From positions 6,448,001-6,512,000 of the forward strand of contig JBPQGU010000016.1 in assembly GCA_051362555.1 (NCBI GenBank): a stretch of 64,000 nt of DNA. The letters are read 5' to 3'. The position numbers were made by a program, and so were the translations under genes. Numbering within the stretch: the stretch's first letter is position 1; every line of letters starts with the position of its first letter. Positions 38,874 to 51,100 of this stretch are shown here, one piece after another. The notes under the pieces were generated by a model. The model worked only from the letters and a program-made list of their open reading frames with translations, was not told the DNA's origin and did not search any database. Source of the stretch: Lingula anatina. Its lineage: Eukaryota; Animalia; Brachiopoda.

Positions 38874-39332
38874 AATGGACTCGCCCCACCTGTCACCCCT
38901 CAAATCGAATGGACTTGTCCCACCTGTCACCCCTCAGATGAAATGGACTCGCCCCACCTGTCACCCCTCAAATCGAATGGACTCGCCCCACCTGTCACCC
39001 CTCAAATCGAATGGACTCGTCCCACCTGTCACCCCTCAAATGGAATGGACTCACCCCACCTGTCACCCCTCAAATCGAATGGACTCGCCCCACCTGTCAC
39101 CCCTCAGATGGAATGGACTCGCCCCACCTGTCACCCCTCAGATGGAATGGACTCGCCCCACCTGTCACCCCTAAGATGAAATGGACTCGCCCCACCTGTC
39201 ACCCCTCAGATGACATGGACTCGCCCCACCTGTCACCCCTCAGATGAAATGGACTCGCCCCACCTGTCACCCCTCAAATCGAATGGACTCGTCCCACCTG
39301 TCACCCCTCAAATCGAATGGACTCGACCCACT
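38874..39332 (+). repeat. 34 bp minisatellite, copy 2
   Basis: Same unit and copy number as 4421-4880, with a different variant order. Confidence 0.97.
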
Positions 39333-39352
39333 TGAAAACTTTCAATGCAGGT

Positions 39353-42249
39353 CAGTGGTGGGTGGAAGGGTATCACGTGATTTTCGGGAGCCAATGAAAT
39401 AAGCAGGAATTTTACACTCCGTTATAGGTAAACAAAATGGCACGTTCGACGCACCAGGAGGATTGTTTATTTAGGAGGCATGCACATGAATTTGGTGGGT
39501 ATTTTAAAAGCATTTTACTATTTACAACGATCAGTACCATCTCAACTTAACTCATGTGAAGTGATTTTCAAGTGTTTGGTCTGTTTATGTTTTTATGACA
39601 ATTTAAATTAGGCATAGCTTCATATGTAGTTTGACAATTGTAAACTGAAGTTTTCACACCACAAGCCTTCTTTCAAGTGAAATATCTCGAAAAGCACTGG
39701 GACGATTTTTTTCCAACTTTTCAGTAATGTTGCTCATTTATTTGTTGACAAAAAGTGCCGATGGCACCCGATGGCACCCCTGGATCTTTGGAGTTATAGA
39801 CGGTATAATCCTTCATGCCCAATTACGACCATTTTTGTAGGAATGCGTCTTTATAATGTTAAACTCCCTCATTAAAAAGCATATATCTGAAAAAGTAAAC
39901 GGTAGATTTTTTCCAAATCTTAATCTGACGTTTTTCGTGTACCTTTTTACATAATATGTAGCCTGCAACTGACAGCACCCCTGGGTCTTGGGATATATAG
40001 ACAATGCAGTGCCATGGCAAATTACGGCCATTTTTGTTTGAGTGAATTTTGGATCACGCAGACCCCGTCTTTCAAATCAAATATCTGAAAAAGCAATCGG
40101 ACAATTATTTTCAAAATTGTCAGAAATGTTGCTTAGATATTGGTTAGCAAAAAGAGCCTATGGCACCCAATGGCACCCCAGGATCTTGAGAATTATAGGC
40201 TGTATATAGTGCATGCCAAAGTACTGTTTTGGTTATCCCACGGCCAGCATTTATAACAACAGCATAATTGCACTTGTATATCACTTACATGCTTGTCTGT
40301 ATTTTAAAGCATAATGTGCAATCTGATCACTATACAAGCACATTCCTACAACTGTTGAAGGGCTAGTCATGGTATTAGTCAGTTACAACTACTTGTCATT
40401 CACTGTGTATGATGTACAAGAGCCTATTATATCTCAACTGTAGCTCCATATAATAGCACTCTTTTATGCCACATAAAGTAATTGGCTCAAGTACATATCA
40501 AATAAACATTTTTTTTTAAATACTGATGATAGTCTCATATCTTTTTCAGCATGGACTACAATTTTTATTTTTGAAATGCTGTGCACTATAAAGGTGAGAA
40601 GTAATTCATCGGAATGCCATAGTTGTAAACTTGTGACTTATGTTTCCATTGCTCATCTATTTCGTTAACATTGACAAAAACATGTTCTGTGTTTGTTTTG
40701 CCTAAACTTTCATTTTAATCTTACTATCATAAAAATTGAAATCATATTTAAGTATAATGGTAACAGGTTACCTAAAAAGTTGAAGCCTTATCCAGTTAAA
40801 TAATAATAATATCAAATATAAAACATTTACTGCTTTTTAATTTCAGGGAATGGAAACAGCTTTTAACCTCATAATGGGATACCGCCTATGGATTGTAGCT
40901 GAAATTAGAGACTTGAGATAACAGGAATGATGTTTGTTATTTCCAAAATCTGTGCCTTCATGGAGTGTGACATTGTAATAAACATGATTGCTTTTTAATT
41001 ACTCAGTCATCAAATGTTAAATTAGTAGTTTGTCACAATATCAAATATTGTATTATCTGCATAGAGAATTCCCCTCATCTTTTGTAAGTTAAGTTTTGAT
41101 TAATTAAGTAAAGTGAGTAGTAAGTCTCATGAACTTGGAGAAAATTAAATACTGCAGATCTTGAAAAACCTTCGTTTATTGTGATTTCTGTCAGATATGA
41201 GGATTTGTAAATGTTGATAATACATTACATTTTCTGTCTCTTATTATATGCATTTACCATGATTTCTCACTCTGAGTAATGTTCGCATCTGGCAAACTAA
41301 CTTGAAATTCAAGGCATATTTTATAGTTTTAAAAAAGTGATATTAAAATCTGACCAATACGAATTTAAAGTAATCTGAATTCTATCAGGATTTCAGTCTT
41401 GCCTGTGCTATGTATGTATTTGTAGGTTGTCACCCTTTTAAATCATTTAAAAAGTATTATTATATTATTTCAATATTTTGTGAATATTTAAATGAGTTAT
41501 AAAATTTATAAGAAAAATGTAAGAAATAAAATATACTGTTAATTATTTTTTTATGAAATATGTGAAATAAAAAGTTTATAATCATATCAAAGTTCTTCCA
41601 TTTGTTTATGATAATTTTGTCATTTTACATTTTCTTTGCCTTAAACTTTGGTCAAGCTTACTTTCAAAAAAAAAAAAAAAAAAAAAAAACTTTGTCACAT
41701 GCCCTTTCTTATAGTTATCTGAATTATCAACTTGTCATAATTTACTATTTTAATTTCTAGAGTTAATTATTATTCTTATTCAAACAAGAAATTATCAATT
41801 ATACACAGAAAAATTAAAGTCAATAACAAATCAACACTGCCAGCAAATTTTACTCTGCCCAAGCTACAGTCACTATATATAGGATAGTAGGCCTACACAC
41901 TGACAGAGATGTGATACCTATGCCACGGTGACATTTTACAACTCTACTCGTCGGTTTGTTGATCATAAATTGCACATTTTTTCAAGTGTTTCATTATTAG
42001 TTTGTAGCATCCATATTTATATTTATATACATTTATACATAATGAAACAAAGTCGGCGTAACGTTACGCAAATGCCCCAATAAACAATGCATCGCACACA
42101 GTTGCGCCAACGCTTTACTGGACGAAGACGCAGGAAGACGTCGCCGGGAGCTCACTTTCGATGTTCACTCTTCGACGGCAAAACGTCAAATGACTGACGT
42201 GCGTGCGCATCATTTGACGTATCACGTGATACCCTTCCAACCACCACTG
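39353..42249. mobile_element. 29 bp-TIR / 9 bp-TSD non-autonomous DNA transposon, copy 2
   Basis: Same TIRs as copy 1. TSD aatgcaggt at 39344-39352 and 42250-42258. Confidence 0.88.
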
Positions 42250-42732
42250 AATGCAGGTCGTCTTCTTACAGGGTCTAGCTATCCAGTGACCAACCAGGAG
42301 CATAGCTTGCACTGCGATGCGCGACTTTTTCTTATGCAAATTACAACTGGTACAGTGCATGGCACATTTGAGGAGTTGCTGTGGAAATTGGTCTCAAAGA
42401 ACGGCGAAATTATGGAAATTATTTTACTATTGTGACAAGGCTATTACCCGCGTAGACCTATTTGTCACCATACATAATATTTTTCTAGGACAACTAGTTT
42501 ATATTAAATCAAAAACTAAAAATAGCAATGAAGATAGGTATAACAAGTAAATGATGATGCTCATACATTCGGGGAGTAGCTTTGCGTAGGATGAAATATA
42601 TTGTATTGTACGCCCCCCTGGCTGTCGATTGTAAGTAATAGACATAAACTGGCCCGCTCGAAGATTCTGCGGGTCCGTGGTCAAAGTTAAATAAAAATAA
42701 CCATGATTAAGGGAAGTTATTGAAGTTATCAA

Positions 42733-44841
42733 TTTAAGATTTTAGAGATACTAATAAATTTACCTTTTTTAACACTGGTCGTATTCACAAAAGATCGTAA
42801 ACATTACAGAGAGAAGGAAAAGTACCCAAGAGAAGGGAGGTGGGGGGGGGTGTGAAGGAGCGCAATGTGAAACAAATTAATATTATGTTCTTATTTATCT
42901 ATTCAATTTCATAAATAATTTGTAAACTCTTCACTCTTGATTCAAATAAATAAAAAGCAACAATTAAAACTTGTAGTACTTGCCACAGAAGCCAAACTGA
43001 AGTAAAACATTTGAAATAGCATAAAAAGAGGAAGACAAGTAAAAAAAATTAAATTCTCAAATTTTTAGAAACTAATAATCTTTCTTCGACAGTATCCTTA
43101 ACATAACCGTCTTTTGTGTTTTCAGATCGCCATCTACCGTGTTTCTTAAACAGTCTGTCTTTAGTCCCTGCATTAGAATCCAGCATATGAAATCAAACAA
43201 ACGGAAAGTACTCGGAGATCCTTCAAAGTGACTTCAGAACTCATAAAATTAGTAACCAATTTAGAAATGTGCTTAGCAGTTACAGGTTCCTTTTTTGTTA
43301 CTCTATGATCTTTCCGTCTCTGAGATGCTTCCTTCACTGCAATAACGAATTTTGACTCGCAATTTCGGATTTTTCTTACAGTTGGCTGTACCATGAAACC
43401 ATTTTAAAGTGTAAAAAGATGTCTAAACCGCAGCAGAATAATTACAAGTTTGTGACAAATTTTGAAGATAAAAAGCAACAATCGAGTCTTTCGCTGTAAA
43501 GAAAGAGGTCACACCGATCGTATTACACCGTTCAAGCCATTTTTGGAAGCCGTAAGAATATTTTCTCACTGTGTTGTCTGCTCTTGACTTCAAAATGACA
43601 TCTGGTAATGAATCTGCTAAAGCCTTCAAACTTTTATTGCTTGTAACCTCCACGTCTTGAAGGATAGCATTATCAAGAAAACATGAAAAAGGAAAAAAAG
43701 AAAATTTTTGAAAACAAAACTCTAGCAATCGTTCCCATAATCTCTGTTCATCCTGGACAATAATCATGTCCATGTTAACTGTCATTGATCAATGATTGTG
43801 ATCCTAATGGCCATTTCTTCCATTCCTTCCTTCAATGTTGCAGAACTCCATTACAGCATGTTGTATCGATAACCCATTGGTAACTAGAGCGCAGACCTCC
43901 GCCAAGGCAGCGATTTTTTATTATTATTGATTTTTGATTGATTATTGATCCGGATCACCACCAAAAAATAATCATCTCTTCCTTGGCCCACTTGGTGCAG
44001 TTCCTGAAAAATTCATCAAAATCGGTCTAAGAAATACATAAACAAAGCCATCTCCATTATATCAATGATCCAGTGATCGTCTGTTTATCTCTCCTTCGAA
44101 GAAAGTGAGTTTTAAATTCTATAAACAGATGACCAATTATTCATATACTTTAAATCCCTTTAAATATGAAAAACTTATTCGTATTTAAAACAAATGGTCC
44201 CAAACCGGGTTTCCTGGCATCTGAATAGACCGTTTTTAACTTACTAGGCAAGCTTTGTACACGTAGACTTTTCTCATTTAAAAAAAAAAAGAAAACTAAA
44301 TTGTCTTTCCAAAAATTAATTCTTTAATGCAAGACATTCGTCTTTAATATTAATATTAAAATCCCAATGCTTCCTCTAGTTATTTATCTAGATACATTTC
44401 CAATCAATGGAGACATAATAATAAAACAGAAATAATTTTACCTGTAACCCTGGCCAATTTTATAGCTGTTATATACGGTAAATCTGAAACCAATTCGTCT
44501 AAAAGACACAGAGCATTACTAGTACATGTAGAAAGCCTTCTTTCGGGAATAAACAATCCCCTTACTTCCATGTCCCAAATAATCCCCAACCATTCCAATT
44601 TGTTGACTGGTTCTAATTTACTTTTTTCAGCGTTTAAAACAAAATCTGCTTTAAACAGATCCATTTTAATTTTTTAGAATGTAGTTTTAAATGTAATATA
44701 TTTTTCTAGGGAATTTTCAGACACAATACCGTCATCTAAATAAACAACAATGGGGATTCCATTTTTCTCCAATACCCAACTAAACGTCTAAGTATTTTAG
44801 TAAAAATAAACGGTGCTGAAGAAAGGCCAAACGAAAGTACC
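42733..44841 (-). mobile_element. Decayed DIRS-order retrotransposon B, copy 2
   Basis: Paralog of 8270-10240. It retains an extra YR segment ESKFVIAVKEASQR..KKEPVT..LKDLRVLSVCLISYAGF (ORF 43173-43394). Confidence 0.88.
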
Positions 44842-44957
44842 AAAAAAAAAAAAAAAGAATTCTTTCCGTTGATTTAAAAAAGTTTGAGATGCCGGAGCAA
44901 TATCTAAATGGTGAATAAATAAATAAACACAACACTTAACTGCAGAATTATCTCAAC

Positions 44958-45670
44958 AAATATTATCTGTGGTCTTGCTCACATTCCCAAAAGTGAGAGT
45001 GTAATATGCCTTTGGTCCATGCAACCAGATCTCTTGTCCTCCTTGTCTGTTCAGCCTAAAATATAAAATTGCAAGACAGCTATTTAATTCTTAATGCATA
45101 ACTCTATTAAAAAGGAAAATGTCCATGATGGAAAAAAACTCATTTATTTTTTCTACCTGAAGATATGGAAAATGGTGCAATAGTTTGTGTTGTTCTCATG
45201 CATATCTACTCACAGTGATTTTTGCCCCATGCCAAATGTCCCACGAATGTTTTATCCCGATTCATTTTTTTTTTCTGAAATAAGAAAAATTTAGCTAAAT
45301 ATATAAAGAGATATAACAAAAAAAATAGCAAGAATTGCAACTAAATAATCACATACATGTAGATACATTTCACATACTAAATTTGCTTTCTAATTATTAT
45401 AGTAAGACCTAAACAGCACTTTGTACTTAAGTGTGCAACAAGGGCAACTTTGACCACTTCTGTTGCACTGATTCCTTTTTTTTTTCAGGAAATCCATAGC
45501 CCTGACAAACCCTTCCTTCTCCATTACAGAGCTACTCAGCTTGGTTTCTTTCTTCCTTACAACTTCTGCTTCCAACACATCCCCTGTTTCATAGTCAACA
45601 ATAATGCTCGCGCAATATTGTGCACTATGTTCTGGGCTGTCCATTCTGCCATCAACTATGAATAAATGGG
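44958..45670 (-). pseudogene. Kolobok-type transposase remnant, copy 2
   Basis: MDSPEHSAQYC..MEKEGFVR (ORF 45390-45644). There is a 17 bp deletion in the WHGAKNLGKK exon. Confidence 0.72.
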
Positions 45671-45870
45671 ATATATCGAAACACGGACATCATAAATATG
45701 TGGTGCGACAATTCCTAAAACAACACTTGGTGGGATTTAGGACACATTCCTATAGACACCACAGGTCTACATTGATCGACCAGACTTGGCATGGATTTTC
45801 ACTGCTATCAGCTGAATAGGTAACCCCCCCCCCCCCCTCTAAGAAATAAAATTGTTCATGTTCCTTTTGT

Positions 45871-45937
<67 letters not shown>

Positions 45938-46839
45938 CCAAAGGAATAGAGGGTAATAAGTCATACTCAAATTATATTTTAGGATGCCAACCCATGTTAT
46001 TTTCATCTTATTCCTTCTCAAAGTGTGTCTTGCCTTTAAATGTAAAGCTCTATGTTATTTAATGAAAGACAATATAAGTTCCATCTGTTTAGAGATGTAT
46101 GTCGGTCTGCTTTATAGCAATTAAGTCCCTGCTGTGGTTTAGGCCTACTGGTCACAACCAGAACATCAGAACCACTGCTTCCATCCACCGCTTCTACTTG
46201 TGGACATGGTGGACATACACTTGATATAGAAACAAAACACGCATTTAGTTAAAATTTTAGATTAATCCATTTAATCCATAAAGTTTAAATAACACATTTG
46301 CAATAAAGTTTTTGATTAAGTTTTTTATCAAAATTAAAATAGATTATTGTAATAATGTTATTAAAGTATGTGCCCTTTTTCAAATGCAAAGAATGCAAAG
46401 CAACCCTTATATATACATGTACCTGTATATAAATATGTTTGATAAGATCTCTTGGAGATATTTAAGCACATTTAAAAGACACTCACTCAGAAACAGAGTT
46501 TTCAATATCGCTTAATTTGGGATCAGGAATGGACTTAGCAGTGGTCCTCACCCTCGCCTGAACAAAGAAGCTCAAACAAATCAAGAACAAATCAATATCC
46601 GAATAACGACGGTGATATGGCCCTGCTGGCGCATATTAATTTCGTGATCTGTAAACACAGGGAATCAGCAGTTGTAAACATTCTCTTATAGTATATTTTG
46701 AACAAGCTGTCTGTACAGGGAGGGGGGGGGGGGCGGGGTCGGCCCGCCCCCTTAAAATATTCCTGGATCCGCCCCTGGATCCGCCACATGGTACCTATCT
46801 GTATCTTAAAAAAAAAAAACTGCTGGTATATGATAGACG

Positions 46840-46992
46840 GGAAGAGGGAGCGCATGGGAAATGACGGTGTAGGCCGGATCTAAAGCCTTCCACAGTTTCA
46901 GCAGTAACTTGTTGGTCACTTCGTTCATTCCACTCGGTGACTGTTCTGGTAAAGAAAGAGTTTCAAACTGGTGTGTCGCAGTGTGATTCTTG
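46840..46992 (-). mobile_element. CR1-group LINE 3' fragment, copy 2
   Basis: NSFFTRTVTEWNERSDQQVTAETVEGFRSGL on the minus strand. Confidence 0.65.
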
Positions 46993-48151
46993 CACTTAAA
47001 GTTTGTTTTAAATCCTAATATTAGCACATAAATGTAATTTATTCTAAAATGTGAGGCCTAATTATAAGGAGCTACGGGCAAATTTCTTCAACAATCAGTT
47101 TCTTTTTCAAACTGATTGTTTGACACATCATGATAACAACGGAAACCACCAAACTTCAATTAAGATAATTAATTGTATTTATGTAGCAAATGGGTTGTTT
47201 TAGTGGTGGTATTAACTTTTTGGTAATACATCAACGTTTTGTTTATAGGAAATTAGTCTGGTTAGTTAGTAGTAGGTAGTAGGATGGTAGTTTGGGTCTT
47301 GTGTCTTCACATTTTTACCTTAAGTAGTTGACCAAGGCAAGGTGATAACAGATGTCCCGGGTTTAGGAATTTCTTAGCTGCTGTGTATCTAGGCACACAC
47401 ATTTGCACCCCCACCTTTAATAATTATATATTTCTTTTTAGTTACCCGCACGAAAATGCAGTAGTATCGAAGTAGCAAAGCGGCGGGAGCATATTTGCAG
47501 AATAGCCTACTGCAATTCTACTCCAAAAAGTACATAGGTTTGTACAGAGAGGAGCATAAATGCATAATTTTTTTACTTCCCATGACAAAACACCCCGGTG
47601 ACTCCCTTCGCCACATAAGTTTTCATGTAATTATTAAACAGAGCAAAAAATCTCCCTATTTCTGTAGAATTATAAATTTTATGAAAGATGTTTTTGGGAC
47701 TAATTCTATTGAGCTGCATTCAGTGAGAAGTCGTTCAGCTTTGTAGCTGCGGAGATATTGACGGCCGCACTAAAAAATTCCTGCAAAACTGCATGAACAG
47801 AATATTTTGGTGAAACATTTCCTATTCTCATAGACAGCAGACTCACTGACGTAACTCCCAATGCCACAAAAAGTTACTTTTCATACCGGCAGTACTGTAA
47901 TTGAACATGTGCATTCTCTTGTTTGTAAACAAACCACTGCACTGCTCACAGTTGTAAGCTCCCTCCGCCAGATGTCCGAAACTGTACAGCACTGAGCCAG
48001 GTCTCGCCCAAAAATAAGAAGCAATTTAGGCCCCAACCTGCTACTTGACACCAAATTAACCACTAGCAACACACAAAAAATGTCAGGAAAAAAACTGGAA
48101 ACAATCACTAATTTTTCAAGCAGAACTTCATTCGTCTATAACAGTCCGTGA

Positions 48152-51100
48152 TTGGCCAGGTAGGGATGAAAATTTTTTTTCTTCATTATAGTGTCAGGTA
48201 GGTGTGTTCGGTCATTTGTAGTAAGAATAAAGTGCTGGAAGAGTGGTGGTGTCAACATTAAGGAAGAAATAGAGCAAAAACTCTCTCTCCCCCCCCCCCT
48301 CTCAGATTCTGTTCTCAGAGCTTATTTTTGGATCATCTTTAAAGCTAGAATTGGGGGCCTTGATGAAGTGACCCGGGCGCGTTTACACATTTTTTATGAA
48401 TGACAGGTGTGGTAGATTGATTTTCGTCACTTTTTGGAAAAATCGGAGACGGGTCGATTTTTGGTGATTTTGAGTGATTTTGAACAGTGCCGGCACTGTG
48501 AGATTTCTTCAATTTTGGCCAGGTAGGGATGAAAATTTTTTTTCTTCATTATAGTGTCAGGTAGGTGTGTTCGGTCATTTGTAGTAAGAATAAAGTGCTG
48601 GAAGAGTGGTGGTGTCAACATTAAGGAAGAAATAGAGCAAAAACTCTCTCTCCCCCCCCCCCTCTCAGATTCTGTTCTCAGAGCTTATTTTTGGATCATC
48701 TTTAAAGCTAGAATTGGGGGCCTTGATGAAGTGACCCGGGCGCATTTCCACATTTTTTATGAATGACAGGTGTGGTAGATTGATTTTCGTCACTTTTTGG
48801 AAAAATCGGAGACGGGTTGATTTTTGGTGATTTTGAGTGATTTTGAACAGTGCCGGCACTGTGAGATTTCTTCAATTTTGGCCAGGTAGGGATGATAATT
48901 TTTTTTCTTCATTATAGTGTCAGGTAGGTGTGTTCGGTCATTTGTAGTAAGAATAAAGTGCTGGAAGAGTGGTGGTGTCAACATTAAGGAAGAAATAGAG
49001 CAAAAACTCTCTCTCCCCCCCCCCCCCTCTCAGATTCTGTTCTCAGAGCTTATTTTTGGATCATCTTTAAAGCTAGAATTGGGGGCCTTGATGAAGTGAC
49101 CCGGGCGCGTTTCCACATTTTTTATGAATGACAGGTGTGGTAGATTGATTTTCGTCACTTTTTGGAAAAATCGGAGACGGGTCGATTTTTGGTGATTTTG
49201 AGTGATTTTGAACAGTGCCGGCACTGTGAGATTTCTTCAATTTTGGCCAGGTAGGGATGAAAATTTTTTTTCTTCATTATAGTGTCAGGTAGGTGTGTTC
49301 GGTCATTTGTAGTAAGAATAAAGTGCTGGAAGAGTGGTGGTGTCAACATTAAGGAAGAAATAGAGCAAAAACTCTCTCTCCCCCCCCCCCTCTCAGATTC
49401 TGTTCTCAGAGCTTATTTTTGGATCATCTTTAAAGCTAGAATTGGGGGCCTTGATGAAGTGACCCGGGCGCATTTCCACATTTTTTATGAATGACAGGTG
49501 TGGTAGATTGATTTTCGTCACTTTTTGGAAAAATCGGAGACGGGTTGATTTTTGGTGATTTTGAGTGATTTTGAACAGTGCCGGCACTGTGAGATTTCTT
49601 CAATTTTGGCCAGGTAGGGATGATAATTTTTTTTCTTCATTATAGTGTCAGGGTAGGTGTGTTCGGTCATTTGTAGTAAGAATAAAGTGCTGGAAGAGTG
49701 GTGGTGTCAACATTAAGGAAGAAATAGAGCAAAAACTCTCTCTCCCCCCCCCCCCTCTCAGATTCTGTTCTCAGAGCTTATTTTTGGATCATCTTTAAAG
49801 CTAGAATTGGGGGCCTTGATGAAGTGACCCGGGCGCGTTTCCACATTTTTTATGAATGACAGGTGTGGTAGATTGATTTTCGTCACTTTTTGGAAAAATC
49901 GGAGACGGGTCGATTTTTGGTGATTTTGAGTGATTTTGAACAGTGCCGGCACTGTGAGATTTCTTCAATTTTGGCCAGGTAGGGATGAAAATTTTTTTTC
50001 TTCATTATAGTGTCAGGTAGGTGTGTTCGGTCATTTGTAGTAAGAATAAAGTGCTGGAAGAGTGGTGGTGTCAACATTAAGGAAGAAATAGAGCAAAAAC
50101 TCTCTCTCCCCCCCCCCCCTCTCAGATTCTGTTCTCAGAGCTTATTTTTGGATCATCTTTAAAGCTAGAATTGGGGGCCTTGATGAAGTGACCCGGGCGC
50201 ATTTCCACATTTTTTATGAATGACAGGTGTGGTAGATTGATTTTCGTCACTTTTTGGAAAAATCGGAGACGGGTTGATTTTTGGTGATTTTGAGTGATTT
50301 TGAACAGTGCCGGCACTGTGAGATTTCTTCAATTTTGGCCAGGTAGGGATGATAATTTTTTTTCTTCATTATAGTGTCAGGTAGGTGTGTTCGGTCATTT
50401 GTAGTAAGAATAAAGTGCTGGAAGAGTGGTGGTGTCAACATTAAGGAAGAAATAGAGCAAAAACTCTCTCTCCCCCCCCCCCCCTCTCAGATTCTGTTCT
50501 CAGAGCTTATTTTTGGATCATCTTTAAAGCTAGAATTGGGGGCCTTGATGAAGTGACCCGGGCGCGTTTCCACATTTTTTATGAATGACAGGTGTGGTAG
50601 ATTGATTTTCGTCACTTTTTGGAAAAATCGGAGACGGGTCGATTTTTGGTGATTTTGAGTGATTTTGAACAGTGCCGGCACTGTGAGATTTCTTCAATTT
50701 TGGCCAGGTAGGGATGAAAATTTTTTTTCTTCATTATAGTGTCAGGTAGGTGTGTTCGGTCATTTGTAGTAAGAATAAAGTGCTGGAAGAGTGGTGGTGT
50801 CAACATTAAGGAAGAAATAGAGCAAAAACTCTCTCTCCCCCCCCCCTCTCAGATTCTGTTCTCAGAGCTTATTTTTGGATCATCTTTAAAGCTAGAATTG
50901 GGGGCCTTGATGAAGTGACCCGGGCGCATTTCCACATTTTTTATGAATGACAGGTGTGGTAGATTGATTTTCGTCACTTTTTGGAAAAATCGGAGACGGG
51001 TTGATTTTTGGTGATTTTGAGTGATTTTGAACAGTGCCGGCACTGTGAGATTTCTTCAATTTTGGCCAGGTAGGGATGATAATTTTTTTTCTTCATTATA

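Larger units (their letters stand above)
28960..48151. repeat. Non-satellite block of macro-repeat, copy 2 (complete, ~19.2 kb)
   Basis: 34447-48151 is colinear with 1-13594. The part 28960-34446 is seen only once because copy 1 is cut by the window edge. Confidence 0.93.
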
